In this document: in pieces, positions 19,233 through 31,093 of the stretch
Layout of the letters: each line of letters opens with the position of its first letter
How positions within the stretch are numbered: the first letter of the stretch is position 1
NCBI GenBank assembly: GCA_963740315.1
Contig: CAVUDP010000002.1
Coordinates: 3,296,001 to 3,360,000, forward strand
Length of the DNA: 64,000 nt
Direction: 5' to 3'
Origin: an uncultured cyanobacterium
GTDB taxonomy: Bacteria; Cyanobacteriota; Cyanobacteriia; Cyanobacteriales; Nostocaceae
Program-made: the position numbers and the translations under genes
The notes under the pieces: model-generated
Told to the model about the DNA's origin: nothing
What the model saw: only the letters and a program-made list of their open reading frames with translations
Databases searched by the model: none

Positions 19233-19610
19233 TTACGATTCCTTCGGACGTTTCGTTCCGTACTTTGAACGACTTTGCTTGCGGTCTTTAACACCGGCTG
19301 TATCTAAAGTTCCACGGATAATGTGATATCTTACGCCTGGTAAGTCCTTAACCCTACCGCCACGAATCATCACTACAGAGTGTTCTTGCAAGTTATGACC
19401 GATTCCTGGAATGTAAGCCGTGACTTCAAATCCAGAAGTCAATCTTACCCTTGCCACTTTTCTCAGAGCAGAATTAGGTTTCTTAGGTGTTGTTGTGTAC
19501 ACCCTAGTACAAACGCCCCGTCTTTGAGGGCATTGTTTCAAAGCCGGGGACTTAGTTTTCTGACGCGCTTTAGAGCGTTCGTTACGAATTAATTGCTGTA
19601 TTGTTGGCAT
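19233..19610 (-). CDS. rpsL: 30S ribosomal protein S12
   Basis: [32 protein letters not shown]. Confidence 0.99.
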   Translation of the reverse strand: MPTIQQLIRNERSKARQKTKSPALKQCPQRRGVCTRVYTTTPKKPNSALRKVARVRLTSGFEVTAYIPGIGHNLQEHSVVMIRGGRVKDLPGVRYHIIRGTLDTAGVKDRKQSRSKYGTKRPKES

Positions 19611-19744
19611 GAGTTACAGCACGTGAAGCTGCTGATTGTCTAAGTTTTAACAAATCCTGATTATATCTCTTTTTGTCAAAGATTATGTCAAATTTCAATC
19701 TAAATTTTATTATTTTTTAATATTTTATATTTTATATTTTAAGC

Positions 19745-19928
19745 ATTGGGGATTGGGGGAGAGTGGGAGATGGGGAGATGGGGAGATGGGGAGATGGGGA
19801 GATGGGGAGATGGGGAGATGGGGAGATGGGGAGATGGAGAGATAGGGGGACAAGGGGAAAAGGGGACAAGGGGACAAGGGCAAATTCTAACTTTTAACTC
19901 CTTACTGGTAACTGGTAACTGGTAACTG
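19745..19928. repeat. STRR mosaic: (GGGAGATG)n, (GGGGACAA)n, (CTGGTAA)n
   Basis: Tandem 8-mers and 7-mers seen directly between iscA and the rpsL promoter. Confidence 0.95.
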
Positions 19929-20264
19929 CTAAGTGGTAACTGAAAAAGAATTACCGCAACCGCAAACGGTTTTCGCTTGGGGGTTGTAAAAGCGAAAGCC
20001 TCCACCCATGAGGTCTTCGGAGTATTCTATGGTTAAACCATGAATATGCTCTACGGTTTGTTCGTTTATGACTACTTGAATGGAGTGACAGGTGAAAACG
20101 CGATCGCCATCTGATAATGTTTGTTCGTCGTTGAAAGACATATCGTAAAACCAACCGGAACAGCCACCGGGTTTGACGGCTAAGCGAAATAAAAGATTTG
20201 GCTGTTTTCGCTTTGATTTTAGTCGCTGTATCTCGTCTGCTGCTGCTTGAGAAAGTTTAATCAT
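19929..20264 (-). CDS. iscA: Fe-S cluster assembly accessory protein (IscA/HesB family)
   Basis: VKPGGCSGWFY, GFRFYNPQA, CGCGNSF. Confidence 0.9.
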   Translation of the reverse strand: MIKLSQAAADEIQRLKSKRKQPNLLFRLAVKPGGCSGWFYDMSFNDEQTLSDGDRVFTCHSIQVVINEQTVEHIHGLTIEYSEDLMGGGFRFYNPQAKTVCGCGNSFSVTT

Positions 20265-20419
20265 GGATTCTTCAGTCTGGGGATTTTGGATTACGCTGCT
20301 TACGAAAAAATTCCTATAGACGTGGGGAGCCGGAGCGCAATAGCTTAATTAGATTATTTCAGCAATAAAAATTATTTTACACAAATCACGAACACTTGAT
20401 TAAGAATCGAGCTTTTTTC

Positions 20420-20473
20420 AAAAAGTATCGCACGGAAACTCTCAAACCGTAAAAGGTAGGAAGTTGCCGTGCG
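20420..20473 (-). terminator. Long stem-loop downstream of the cupin gene (terminator or sRNA 3' end)
   Basis: CGCACGGAAACT...AGTTGCCGTGCG, followed by ATACTTTTT on the minus strand. Confidence 0.55.
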
Positions 20474-20554
20474 GGGTTTAAACGACGAACACAATATATT
20501 TTTTAATGAAAATTATCGCTTTGTTACGAACTGTAGACTTTTGGCAAGCTATCC

Positions 20555-21001
20555 CTAATTTTTCTTTTCAGCACGAGCATAGTCGTCTTGGTAACGGACA
20601 ATATCATCTTCTCCTAAGTATTCCCCGTTTTGAACTTCAATCAATACCAAGGGAATTACGCCAGGATTTTCTAAACGGTGCGCGGTGCATTGTGGTACAT
20701 AGGTGGACTGATTATTGCTCAACACAATTTCTTGTTCGCCGCAGGTAACTTTAGCAGTTCCAGAGACGACGATCCAGTGTTCGCTACGGTGATGGTGCAT
20801 TTGTAAGCTAAGGCGATGCCCCGGCTTAACTTCAATACGTTTGATTTTATAACCGCGTGCTTCTTCCAAAACCGTAAAAGAACCCCAAGGGCGTAATTCA
20901 GTTGCAGCAACCCCTTTAGGAGTGACTGCTGGGGGCAGGGTAAGTGCGTTTGCTTCTGTTGCTTCTTGGAATTTAGCCATAGTTACCTCATTTGAAGACA
21001 T
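20555..21001 (-). CDS. Type II mannose-6-phosphate isomerase C-terminal cupin (stand-alone)
   Basis: RPWGSF, LSLQMHHHRSEHWIVVSG, HRLENPG, IEVQNGEYLGEDDIVR. Confidence 0.93.
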   Translation of the reverse strand: MSSNEVTMAKFQEATEANALTLPPAVTPKGVAATELRPWGSFTVLEEARGYKIKRIEVKPGHRLSLQMHHHRSEHWIVVSGTAKVTCGEQEIVLSNNQSTYVPQCTAHRLENPGVIPLVLIEVQNGEYLGEDDIVRYQDDYARAEKKN

Positions 21002-21280
21002 AAAAAAATCCGCTAGTACTCTTAACTATTGTTGGAAAAAAGTAGCGTAATATTGCAACCGTAATTGTCGGCAATTGAGTCCACCTTAGCCAAACATACC
21101 AAAGACGATTGTTACGGTGTAATCAACAGGTGGTAATAATAGTATGTTTACACCAAGTCTTCATCAATCATGAAGCCAGCTTTTCACAAGCTTTAAAAAC
21201 TTTTCAATTATTAGTTATTTATACAAGGATGAATACTAAGAAATACTGACTACTATCAATACTACCTACAACTAAGTAGT

Positions 21281-21476
21281 AGGGATGGGGATGGGGTATT
21301 GAGAGTTAGGAGTTAGGACTTACTAAGGTCTGCATGTTAAAGGTCAAAGGTCAAAGGTCAAAGGTTAAAGGTTAAAGGTCAAAGGTCAAAGGTCAAAATC
21401 TACTTTATCTCCCCATCTCCCCTTGTCCCCTTGTCCCCTTGTCCCCTTGTCTCCCCATCCCCCTATCCCCCATCCC
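21281..21476. repeat. STRR mosaic: (AAAGGTC/T)n, (GAGTTAG)n, (CCCCTTGT)n, (CCCCATC)n
   Basis: Tandem repeats seen directly. Confidence 0.95.
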
Positions 21477-21477
21477 T

Positions 21478-23604
21478 TCACGGACGCGGTAAGAAAATAC
21501 CAATTCCGTTATGAACGCTGGCGGCGGTATTGGGGGAACGGTCTAGTAGTTGTCCTCCCAAGTAAAGGCTTGTAGAACTACCTCCATCTAGGTTGAGAGC
21601 GTTGACGCAGCCTAGTTGCTGCATTAATTGAGCGTGTTCTGTTAAGCTCGGTCCTTTTCCTCCGGCGCGATCGTGTACGGCAGCAAATATCAGCTTTCCG
21701 TTTGAGGTGGTGCAAATGGCGCTACGGATGGCTTGTTGTTCGGCGAAGGCTTTACTGAAGTTTTCGGCTTGAGCATCGAGAACAATTTGATTGTCTTTTA
21801 GCAGTAGGGGTCCGGCTCCTAAAATATGGGGATAACGGTTAAATTCTGGGGAAACTGCCGAACTGGCAATACTTAGAGAAGTTCCGATGGGTAATAATTG
21901 TGCGTTATTTACAGCAGCAGCACGAAAAGCTAATAGATAGCCATTCTTGGGTATGGGAGCAAAGCCAACTCCAGCTTTTGCTCCTGTATATTGTTGGGTA
22001 ACTCGGTTATTTTGAACGATCGCAATAATTTCGTTGTCGGTTAGGGGTGTATATTTTTCTCCCCAAAGATGCGTATATCTAGCTATTCCTTGTTGTACGT
22101 ATCCACTGTTGAGGTGAGAAATTGGCAGGTTTTGATTGTTGGGAATAATTAAATTTTCTTGTAAAGAAAGGCGATCCATGTAGAAATTTCCGGCATCGTT
22201 CCAAGCAACTGCGCCTCGATTAAGAATTGGACCGGAAAACCATTGTGAGTCCCGACGAATTGCACCCAAGGGTAAAAGGTTTTTGCGATTGAAGAAACCA
22301 CCATTAATTGCGGCGGCTGCTAGATATTTTTGCGCTGTTTTAATTAGAGGTGCGGTACCTTCTTGTTTTTCTTGATTGGTAGCGACTGGTCTAATTTTAA
22401 GTTTGGAAGTGCGGGGATTAATTTCTAGCCATACTACTGGAAAGCGTTCGTTACCCAACGATACAAACCGCTGTCGCCACTGCAATCCCGGTGCCCAATC
22501 GATGTTTCGTTCTACTAAAGCATCCGGACGAATATCAACAACTAAACGATAGGGTTTGGGTAAAGTGCTAACGCGAGGAGTTAAGCCAAAGGGAACTACT
22601 AGTTTTATGACGGTTTGATTGTTAACTACTTCTACTTGTTTGATAAGTGGTTCGGCAGTATCTAAGGTAGATATTGGTAGCAGTATTTCTTCGTCGAAAT
22701 TATTATCTAATTTTTCCGGCTGCGGTATTGGGGGTGCGGGAGTATAGCGCTGTACTAAATTACTGTCTGCTACTCCATCAATGGTAATGATCCACTCTCT
22801 TGAAGGGGGTGAGTCCACTCGCGTGGGTCGTCTCCCTCCGTTGAGCGAAGTGGCGAACCCGGAGGGTTCTGGTTTGGGAGCGGGAATATCAGTTTTGATG
22901 ACAATACTTTGAGAATCAGGTGGAATTTGAGGTGTTAATGGTTTTGGTTTATCTTCAGGTTTAGGTTTTGGCTTTTTAATCAAGGAACCCGCAGTCAGTT
23001 TCCAAGGTGTTGGACTATCTAAATCTATAACTACCCGCTGTTGGGATAAGGCTTTATCTAAATCTATAGTTTTTACTTTTGCTGCTGGTGTAGAAATTAC
23101 TAAGGTATTACCCTTTGCTTCTACTTGCCATTTTGCTTGTTGAGCAAATTTTGTAATGTCTAAATAACGATATCCCGGCTCCAAAAAACCATTTAAAATT
23201 TGCGGCTTGGACTCAGATGAAAACCACTGCACTGGTTGCACTTGGGGACTGTTAGTACTTAATAAATCTACACCTATTAACTGTCGAAGTGCCCCATCAC
23301 TTAAATAAATGGCATTGCGTTTAGCTTTACCTTTTTGTTGCAGCCAACTTCCGGGTACCGTGCGACCATTGAGAGATATTCGATCGCCAGAGTCAAATAA
23401 TCCTTTTGAAGTTGATACAGATGGTTGTGGCAATGGCATCTGACTATTAATATCAGGAGAATTAGCTCTAGTAATGGAAGTCGCAGTCAAATTTAGAATT
23501 ATTGCAAGGGTTGGTAACGCCATAACCTTGACAAAAAAGCGATCGTTTTTATTACCCATAGCACGGCTGTTTTTTTCTTGACCTAAAGTTAGCTTTTTGA
23601 CCAT
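21478..23604 (-). CDS. Exported phosphodiester glycosidase family protein (NAGPA/DUF2233)
   Basis: Signal-like N-terminus, AAINGGFF, LGAGPLLL, RSAI, ALNLDGGSST, Pro-rich linker. Confidence 0.88.
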   Translation of the reverse strand: MVKKLTLGQEKNSRAMGNKNDRFFVKVMALPTLAIILNLTATSITRANSPDINSQMPLPQPSVSTSKGLFDSGDRISLNGRTVPGSWLQQKGKAKRNAIYLSDGALRQLIGVDLLSTNSPQVQPVQWFSSESKPQILNGFLEPGYRYLDITKFAQQAKWQVEAKGNTLVISTPAAKVKTIDLDKALSQQRVVIDLDSPTPWKLTAGSLIKKPKPKPEDKPKPLTPQIPPDSQSIVIKTDIPAPKPEPSGFATSLNGGRRPTRVDSPPSREWIITIDGVADSNLVQRYTPAPPIPQPEKLDNNFDEEILLPISTLDTAEPLIKQVEVVNNQTVIKLVVPFGLTPRVSTLPKPYRLVVDIRPDALVERNIDWAPGLQWRQRFVSLGNERFPVVWLEINPRTSKLKIRPVATNQEKQEGTAPLIKTAQKYLAAAAINGGFFNRKNLLPLGAIRRDSQWFSGPILNRGAVAWNDAGNFYMDRLSLQENLIIPNNQNLPISHLNSGYVQQGIARYTHLWGEKYTPLTDNEIIAIVQNNRVTQQYTGAKAGVGFAPIPKNGYLLAFRAAAVNNAQLLPIGTSLSIASSAVSPEFNRYPHILGAGPLLLKDNQIVLDAQAENFSKAFAEQQAIRSAICTTSNGKLIFAAVHDRAGGKGPSLTEHAQLMQQLGCVNALNLDGGSSTSLYLGGQLLDRSPNTAASVHNGIGIFLPRP
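22808..22867 (-). repeat. In-frame structured dispersed repeat inside the phosphodiester glycosidase gene
   Basis: GC-rich CCCTCCGGGTTCGCCACTTCGCTCAACGGAGGGAGACGACCCACGCGAGTGGACTCACC, which aligns with intergenic 40264-40317. Confidence 0.75.
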
Positions 23605-24327
23605 AATGTTGGTTAAGTAATTACTTTAAAAAAAACTTTTGAATCTGATATCAAAAGAATTATCAAATCATACAGAACTGTAACGTGATAGTGTATAATA
23701 ATCCTTCTGTCTCTTGTCAAACGATCGCACTAGTAATTTACGCAAACAAATTGTAAATAATGCGTCAATAAACAGTTTCTTTCGGCAAACAGTTATAAGA
23801 GTTTTTTTTGCTTGTATAAGATAGATTGAAATGCTTTATCTTTTTTATTCGATGTTAGTTTTGCTTGGTATAGCAGGGATTGACAAGATTTGTAAGGGAC
23901 GTAGCACGATAAAATTTACCCCGGAAGATAGACGATCGGGAATTGCAAATGGACAATTAGTGTAATACGCTGCTAAAAGCACCCAATTAGCCAAATTTTG
24001 TTATTTAAAGTAGTGAACGATTAAATAGAAGTTTTGTTTCAGGTCGGGGATAAATAGTTACACGCTGTAAAAAAACTTGCATTTTAGACAAGCGGATTGA
24101 GAAAATATATAGCCTCAAGATATGAATAGAGAAATAGCGATACACATATAACTCGTTCAATTCAGCATAAACACATAAAAAAAATAACGGGATAAGTTTA
24201 ACACGGGTGTACAAAAAATCAACCCAGGAGTTAAAATCTTTGTCCCGGCATTTTGTTAACTCAGTTTTCTCTATTTGTTAGTGAATCAATTTTTATCAAG
24301 AAAATTAATGTTATCGGGTGACATTCT

Positions 24328-27300
24328 ATGAATAACGAGCAGATGAATCAAGATAAACACATATCATTTTCAGATACTTTTTTAGGGCAGAAGTGGCTGG
24401 TTGAAGAAAGAGACGCTTGTGGAGTAGGTTTCATTGCCCATCGTCAAAATTGGGAAAGTCATGAAATCTTGGCAAAAGGTTTGATTGCTTTAACCTGTTT
24501 GGAACACCGGGGTGGTTGTAGCGCGGATCGAGATTCTGGGGATGGTGCGGGAATATTAAGCGCGATACCTTGGGAATTGTTGCAAGCAGATTGTTCGCGC
24601 CGGGGTATAGAATTAGCGGCGGATAAGAATATTGCCGTGGGAATGCTGTTTTTACCCCGCGATTCTCAATACGCCGATACTGTTCGTGGAATTGTAGAAA
24701 CGATCGCGGCAACTGAAAACTTAACGGTGTTGGGATGGCGCGTAGTTCCCGTAGATTCCAGCGTTTTGGGAGTACAAGCTAAAGAAAATCAACCGCAAAT
24801 TGAGCAGATTTTTCTGAAAGCGGAAGGTGTTAGTGGGGATGAGTTAGAAAGAAAGCTTTATATTACCCGCCGTCGGATCGAAAAAGCTATTCGTAGTCAA
24901 AACAGTGACTGGATGGAAGAATTTTACGTTTGCTCGCTCTCCAGTCGGACGATCGTATACAAGGGTATGGTGCGATCGGCGGTTTTGGGAGATTTTTATC
25001 ACGATTTAAGAAATCCCGCTTATAAAAGTAGTTTTGTTGTCTACCATCGTCGTTTTAGTACGAATACGATGCCCAAATGGTATCTGGCGCAACCGATGCG
25101 GCTTTTAGGTCACAATGGAGAAATCAATACTCTTTTGGGTAATATCAACTGGATGAAAGCCAGACAGGGAACTTTAAGTCATCCAGTTTGGCAAGGGCGG
25201 TTGGAGGAATTAAAGCCGTTTGTCCGTATGGGAAACAGCGATTCTGCAACTTTAGATAACGTCTTTGAGTTACAGGTGCGTTCCGGTCGCAGTCCTCTGG
25301 AATCTTCGATGATAATGGTTCCGGAGGCTTATAACCATCAGCCTGCTTTAAGTAATTATCCGGAGATTGTAGATTTTTATGAATACTATAGCGGGTTGCA
25401 AGAAGCTTGGGATGGTCCGGCGCTTTTAGTATTTAGTGATGGTAATACAGTTGGTGCGACTTTAGACCGCAACGGTTTAAGACCGGCGCGTTACTGCATT
25501 ACTTCAGATGACTACATTGTGGTTGCAAGTGAAGCTGGTGTGGTTGAGTTTCCAGAAGAAAATATTATCGAAAAAGGTAGGTTGGGTCCCGGAGAATCGA
25601 TCGCCGTAGATTTAGAAAACCACGAGATTCTCAAGAATTGGGAAATCAAGAGTAAAGTTGCCACTCGTCATCCTTATGGGCAATGGTTGCGAGAGCATCG
25701 ACAAGAATTAGGGAACAGCAAGCAGTTAACAGTTAGCAATGGGAATGGTGTTAATGGGAATGGAGTGAATGGGAACGGACATTCAAACTATCAATTAACA
25801 ACTAACCCCATAGATAGACAAGCTTTGCTGCGGCATCAAATAGCTTTTGGTTACACCACTGAAGATGTGGAAATGGTAATCGTGCCAATGGCGATCGATG
25901 CTAAAGAACCGACTTTTTGCATGGGTGATGATATCCCTCTGGCGGTACTTTCGGAAAAACCACATTTGCTGTATGACTATTTCAAACAGCGGTTTGCTCA
26001 GGTAACAAATCCACCGATCGACCCTTTACGAGAAAAATTGGTAATGTCGTTGAAGGTGGAATTGGGCGAACGCGGTAATTTACTCGATCCCAAACCCGAA
26101 TATGCTCGCCGGTTTAAGTTGGAATCGCCGGTATTAACTGAGGCTCAATTAAATAAAATCAAAGAATCGGATTTCAATACGGTTGAATTATCTACCGTGT
26201 TTGCGATCGCCAGCGGAGGGTCCGGTTTGAAAGCGGCTGTAGAATCATTGCAAAAGCAAGCTGTTGAGGCAGTGCGTAACGGTGCGAAGATTTTGGTATT
26301 GAGCGATAAAATTTCGAGCGATTCCCATGCCTCTGAATATGGAGCAATAAACGCAGAAAATACCTACATTCCTCCTTTATTAGCAGTGGGTGCGGTACAC
26401 CATCATTTAATCCACGAAGGATTGCGAATGAATGCTTCTTTGGTGGTCAATACCGCTCAATGTTGGAGTACCCATCATTTTGCTTGCTTGATCGGTTTCG
26501 GTGCCGCCGCAATTTGTCCTTACATGGCTTTAGACACTTTGCGTAGCTGGTGGTCCGATCCCAAAACACAGCAGTTTATGCAGCGCGGTAAAATTGCATC
26601 CGTGAGTTTGGAGCAATCGATCGCAAATTACGTTAAAGCTGTAGAAAACGGTTTGCTAAAAATCCTTTCTAAAATGGGAATTTCTCTGCTGACAAGTTAC
26701 CAAGGAGCGCAAATTTTTGAAGCTATTGGTATAGGTCGCGATTTATTGGATTTAGGATTTTACGGTACCGCTTCCCGCATTGGTGGAATTAGTCTCTTGG
26801 AATTAGCTACTGAAGTATTATCGATCCACTGCAAAGCTTTCCCCCTAACCGCCAAGAAGTTAGAAAATTTAGGTTTTGTGCAGTATCGTCGCGGTGGCGA
26901 ATACCATATGAACAGTCCGGAAATGGCGAAAGCACTACACCAGGCTGTTGATAGTAAAAATTACGACCACTACGAAGTTTATCAAAAACATTTGCAAGGC
27001 AGACCGATAACTGCTTTACGCGATTTGCTCGACTTCCAAAGCGATAGAGAGCCGATTTCGATTGCAGAAGTAGAGCCAGTGAGCGAAATCGTCAAACGTT
27101 TCTGTACTGGGGGAATGTCATTAGGGGCATTATCAAGAGAAGCACACGAAACCTTAGCGATCGCCATGAATCGGTTGGGCGGTAAGTCTAACTCTGGGGA
27201 AGGTGGCGAAGATCCGGTACGTTTTAAAACTTTAAATGATGTTGACGATCTGGGTAATTCGGCAACTTTACCTCATTTAAACGGTTTGCATAACGGCGAT

Positions 27301-29040
27301 ACGGCAGCGAGTGCGATCAAACAAGTTGCATCCGGACGCTTTGGGGTAACTCCAGAGTATTTGATGAACGCCAAACAAATTGAAATTAAGATGGCTCAAG
27401 GTGCGAAACCTGGAGAAGGCGGACAGTTACCGGGTAAGAAAGTTAGCGAATACATAGCTAGCTTAAGAAAGTCCAAGCCTGGAGTTACTTTAATTTCGCC
27501 ACCACCGCACCACGATATTTATTCTATTGAAGACTTGGCGCAGTTAATCTTCGATTTGCACCAAATTAACCCCAAAGCCCAAGTTTCGGTGAAACTGGTT
27601 TCAGAAATCGGCATCGGAACCATTGCTGCGGGTGTAGCTAAAGCCAACGCCGATATTATCCAGATTTCCGGTCACGACGGCGGTACGGGAGCATCTCCCC
27701 TAAGTTCGATCAAACACGCAGGAACACCGTGGGAACTCGGATTAACCGAAGTGCATCGGGTGTTGATGGAAAATAGCCTGCGCGATCGCGTAATTTTGCG
27801 CGTAGATGGGGGATTAAAGAGCGGTTGGGACGTTTTGATGGGAGCAATGATGGGAGCGGAAGAATTTGGTTTCGGCTCCATTGCCATGATTGCTGAAGGT
27901 TGCATTATGGCGCGGATATGTCACACAAATAACTGTCCGGTGGGCGTGGCTTCTCAGAAAGAAGAATTGCGGAAGCGGTTCCCCGGTACTCCGGAAAAAG
28001 TTGTTAACTTCTTCTACTTTATTGCCGAAGAAGTACGCAGTTTGTTAGCAAGATTTGGCTATCGTTCCTTATCTGATGTAATTGGACGCGCTGACTTAAT
28101 CAAAATGCGCCAAGCTGTTGAGTTGACTAAGACGCGATCGCTCAATCTTGATTGCTTGTTTAAATTACCCGATACAAAAGAAAATCGCAGTTGGTTGCAG
28201 CATGAAGAAGTCCACGGCAACGGTGCGGTATTGGATGACGATCTATTGGCGGATGATGAAATACAAAATGCCATCAACGGACATGGAACGATAAATAAAA
28301 CAGTATTTGCCGTGAATACCGATAGAACCGTAGGGGCACGCATTGCTGGCGCGATCGCATCCAAGTACGGCGATAACGGTTTCAAAGGTCAAATCAACCT
28401 TACCTTTACGGGGAGCGTCGGACAAAGTTTCGGTGCTTTCAACCTTCCAGGCATGACTTTGACGTTATTAGGAGAAGCCAACGATTACGTCGGTAAAGGA
28501 ATGAACGGTGGGGAAATTATAATTAAGCCGCCCAAAAACGCAACTTATAACCCAGCAGAAAATGTGATTATTGGCAATACCTGCCTTTACGGTGCGACTG
28601 GTGGAAAGTTGTTTGCGTCGGGGAAAGCTGGCGAACGTTTTGGGGTGCGTAACTCTTCATGTTCGGCAGTAATTGAAGGAGCCGGGGATCATTGTTGCGA
28701 ATATATGACTGGCGGTGTAATTGTAGTTTTGGGTAAAGTTGGACGCAACGTTGCTGCGGGGATGACAGGGGGATTGGGGTATTTCCTAGATGAAGAAGGT
28801 GATTTTCCCGAATTGGTTAACCCGGAAATCGTTAGTGTTCAGCGCGTAGTAACTCAGGCTGGAGAAAAGCAACTCAAAGATTTGATTGCAGCCCATTTTG
28901 AGCGTACCGAATCGGCGAAAGCGAAAATGATTTTAGATAATTGGCAAGAGTTTCTACCTAAATTCTGGCAATTAGTACCGCCTTCCGAAGCTGATTCTGC
29001 GTACTGCGATTCTCGAACAAAGCAGTTGAGTTCAGTTTAG
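24328..29040 (+). CDS. glsF: Ferredoxin-dependent glutamate synthase (Fd-GOGAT)
   Basis: ERDACGVGF (N-terminal Cys), [45 protein letters not shown] [3Fe-4S]. No gltD follows. Confidence 0.96.
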   Translation: MNNEQMNQDKHISFSDTFLGQKWLVEERDACGVGFIAHRQNWESHEILAKGLIALTCLEHRGGCSADRDSGDGAGILSAIPWELLQADCSRRGIELAADKNIAVGMLFLPRDSQYADTVRGIVETIAATENLTVLGWRVVPVDSSVLGVQAKENQPQIEQIFLKAEGVSGDELERKLYITRRRIEKAIRSQNSDWMEEFYVCSLSSRTIVYKGMVRSAVLGDFYHDLRNPAYKSSFVVYHRRFSTNTMPKWYLAQPMRLLGHNGEINTLLGNINWMKARQGTLSHPVWQGRLEELKPFVRMGNSDSATLDNVFELQVRSGRSPLESSMIMVPEAYNHQPALSNYPEIVDFYEYYSGLQEAWDGPALLVFSDGNTVGATLDRNGLRPARYCITSDDYIVVASEAGVVEFPEENIIEKGRLGPGESIAVDLENHEILKNWEIKSKVATRHPYGQWLREHRQELGNSKQLTVSNGNGVNGNGVNGNGHSNYQLTTNPIDRQALLRHQIAFGYTTEDVEMVIVPMAIDAKEPTFCMGDDIPLAVLSEKPHLLYDYFKQRFAQVTNPPIDPLREKLVMSLKVELGERGNLLDPKPEYARRFKLESPVLTEAQLNKIKESDFNTVELSTVFAIASGGSGLKAAVESLQKQAVEAVRNGAKILVLSDKISSDSHASEYGAINAENTYIPPLLAVGAVHHHLIHEGLRMNASLVVNTAQCWSTHHFACLIGFGAAAICPYMALDTLRSWWSDPKTQQFMQRGKIASVSLEQSIANYVKAVENGLLKILSKMGISLLTSYQGAQIFEAIGIGRDLLDLGFYGTASRIGGISLLELATEVLSIHCKAFPLTAKKLENLGFVQYRRGGEYHMNSPEMAKALHQAVDSKNYDHYEVYQKHLQGRPITALRDLLDFQSDREPISIAEVEPVSEIVKRFCTGGMSLGALSREAHETLAIAMNRLGGKSNSGEGGEDPVRFKTLNDVDDLGNSATLPHLNGLHNGDTAASAIKQVASGRFGVTPEYLMNAKQIEIKMAQGAKPGEGGQLPGKKVSEYIASLRKSKPGVTLISPPPHHDIYSIEDLAQLIFDLHQINPKAQVSVKLVSEIGIGTIAAGVAKANADIIQISGHDGGTGASPLSSIKHAGTPWELGLTEVHRVLMENSLRDRVILRVDGGLKSGWDVLMGAMMGAEEFGFGSIAMIAEGCIMARICHTNNCPVGVASQKEELRKRFPGTPEKVVNFFYFIAEEVRSLLARFGYRSLSDVIGRADLIKMRQAVELTKTRSLNLDCLFKLPDTKENRSWLQHEEVHGNGAVLDDDLLADDEIQNAINGHGTINKTVFAVNTDRTVGARIAGAIASKYGDNGFKGQINLTFTGSVGQSFGAFNLPGMTLTLLGEANDYVGKGMNGGEIIIKPPKNATYNPAENVIIGNTCLYGATGGKLFASGKAGERFGVRNSSCSAVIEGAGDHCCEYMTGGVIVVLGKVGRNVAAGMTGGLGYFLDEEGDFPELVNPEIVSVQRVVTQAGEKQLKDLIAAHFERTESAKAKMILDNWQEFLPKFWQLVPPSEADSAYCDSRTKQLSSV

Positions 29041-29044
29041 TTGT

Positions 29045-29403
29045 TAGTAGTTAATTGCATTAAATTTGATGGGTTCGTAGTAAGGACTTTAGTCCTAAAT
29101 CCGGAGCGAGTACAGCGCTTACTACGAACTTTGTTACTTATCAGAACTAATGCAAAGGGCTACTAGTAGTTCATTACATAAGTTATAAGAAGTTTGTAGT
29201 AAGGACTTTAGTCCTCACATGGAAGCGAGTACAGCGCTTACTACGAACTTTGTTACTTATCAGAACTAATGCAAAGGGCTACTAGTAGTTCATTACATAA
29301 GTTATAAGAAGTTTGTAGTAAGGACTTTAGTCCTAAATCCGGAGCGAGTACAGCGCTTACTACGAACCTTATTACCCTTCATATTTAATGTGGTGGAGTA
29401 CTA
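29045..29403. mobile_element. Tandem array of three 119-bp TA-delimited MITE/REPIN units
   Basis: TAGTAG unit starts at 29045, 29164 and 29283, with a closing TA at 29402-3. Each unit holds GTT(C/T)GTAGTAAG...CTTACTACGAAC with the inner hairpin AGGACT-TT-AGTCCT. Confidence 0.85.
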
Positions 29404-29455
29404 TTGGTCCGTCACATTAGTTTTGAGGGGTGTATCCTAAAAACAGAAAGTTTTC

Positions 29456-29492
29456 TCTTCCCCCTCTTCCCCCTCTTCCCCCTCTCCCCCCT
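29456..29492. repeat. Short tandem repeat (TTCCCCCTC)n
   Basis: Seen directly. Confidence 0.8.
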
Positions 29493-29523
29493 CACTATTA
29501 GCGATCGCCAATTTCCAATTAAT

Positions 29524-29556
29524 AAGGGTACGGCGAATATTGCCGTACCCTTTCAT
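29524..29556. terminator. Bidirectional hairpin between the convergent glsF and deacetylase genes
   Basis: AAGGGTACGGC-gaatatt-GCCGTACCCTT perfect 11-bp stem. Confidence 0.75.
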
Positions 29557-29622
29557 TTATTAGCCATTGACGCTGAATTCTATTTGTAATAATCAATTAA
29601 TAGGGATTCTTTGAGATAACAA

Positions 29623-30573
29623 CTATTTTTTATTTTGCGCTGTTACTGTCTTTTTAGACTTCTCTTCATGCTCTAACAACTCTGGAATAGTCACAAAACG
29701 ATAACCTTGCTTTTTCAATTTGCTTATCATTGTTGGTAAAGCAGCAACAGTATTTTTGCGAGGACCACCACCATCATGCAACAGTACAATACCACCAGGG
29801 CTTGACTGTTTGATAACTCTATTCACCAACGTAGGAGCCGAAGGAAGCGCGTAATCCATAGAATCAGCAGACCACATGACCACGGTATAATTTTTACTTT
29901 TTGCATAGGCAGCTAAGCCATTGTGTAAAATTCCACCGGGGGGACGAAACAAAGTAGTTCTGGTACCTGTAGTTTTATAAATCAGGTCTGAGGTACGGTC
30001 AATTTCTAGTGCTGCCGCTTGTTTATTAAAGAAATGATACCAATGGTGCCAAGTATGATTACCGATAGTATGACCTTCAGTTACTATTCGCTTTCCTAAA
30101 TCGGGATGTCTTTGGAGTACTTGTCCAACAACAAAAAACGTTGCTTTAATTTTATTTTTTTTCAATATTTCCAGTATCTGAGCAGTATATCCGGGCCAAG
30201 GTCCATCATCAAAGGTAAGGGCTATTAACTTATCATCTTTAGCTAATTTTGCTTGCTTGATTGTTTTCCCTTCAAAGCTTTTTGGCACTGTATGGAAGAC
30301 ACCTTTAGATACCGCTTCCTGCTGCCAAGTGGCAAGCATTGCGCTTTTAAAATCTTTGATACGAGAAAGCGAACCAGATTCTGCTGTGACATTTTCAGCT
30401 TTAGCAAGCGGCTTACTACTTGCATTCGTAAAATCTCGGTTGATAGGCACCATCAACCCAAGCGCGAAACTACCACACAAAGCAGTAAGGGCTATTAATA
30501 TTCCTTGAGGCAAGGCTAACGACTTCTTATTTTCCACCAGACACGGCTCCTTCAAGATCCTACCGCCATTCAC
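29623..30573 (-). CDS. Membrane-anchored polysaccharide deacetylase (CE4/NodB)
   Basis: ALTFDDGP, ATFFVVG, GNHTWHH, FRPPGG, IVLLHDGGG; N-terminal TM segment. Confidence 0.95.
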   Translation of the reverse strand: MNGGRILKEPCLVENKKSLALPQGILIALTALCGSFALGLMVPINRDFTNASSKPLAKAENVTAESGSLSRIKDFKSAMLATWQQEAVSKGVFHTVPKSFEGKTIKQAKLAKDDKLIALTFDDGPWPGYTAQILEILKKNKIKATFFVVGQVLQRHPDLGKRIVTEGHTIGNHTWHHWYHFFNKQAAALEIDRTSDLIYKTTGTRTTLFRPPGGILHNGLAAYAKSKNYTVVMWSADSMDYALPSAPTLVNRVIKQSSPGGIVLLHDGGGPRKNTVAALPTMISKLKKQGYRFVTIPELLEHEEKSKKTVTAQNKK

Positions 30574-31093
30574 GGATATGACGGTAAGTTATAACACAGT
30601 TTCTCTATTTCTTTGTTACCCGATTAATTTCTAATAATCCTGAAAAATTAAACAGAGGTTAACAGAAGTTTGCCTTTAAAGGCGGATCGATTAAACTTTA
30701 CTTAACTTTAAATTTCAGACTTTGTTAATTAAAATTTACTACAGCTAGCAATAAGCAAATACACCACGCATTTGGTATAAGTTTCACTGTAATCCAGGTT
30801 TATTTTACCTTTTAGAAATAATTTGTCTATTTTAAAAAAAGTTAAACTTTTAACAAGACGCTGTACAAAAGAATTTGGTTTCATCTAGTTAGAAGATAAC
30901 CTAGCGTCCAATCTAAACGATCGCGAAGCAATTTAAATAGAAAAATTTTATTATTTGCATAAACAAGTTAAATACATTAGTACTAATATATTTGCTACTT
31001 CAAGCTGATAGTTGCCTACTTAAATTAAAGTTCGGTAATTAATGTAAATGAGTCAAAGTTCTAACACATTAATAATGACAAATACATATTTTA

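Noticed and set aside
23990..24030. Glutamine (glnA-type) riboswitch near glsF
   Set aside because: ATCGTTCA occurs only on the opposite strand and lacks the downstream conserved GGAAG core and stems.
29045..29403. CRISPR array
   Set aside because: The inter-repeat sequences are identical rather than unique spacers, the period is 119 bp, the units have MITE/REP structure and no cas genes are in the window.
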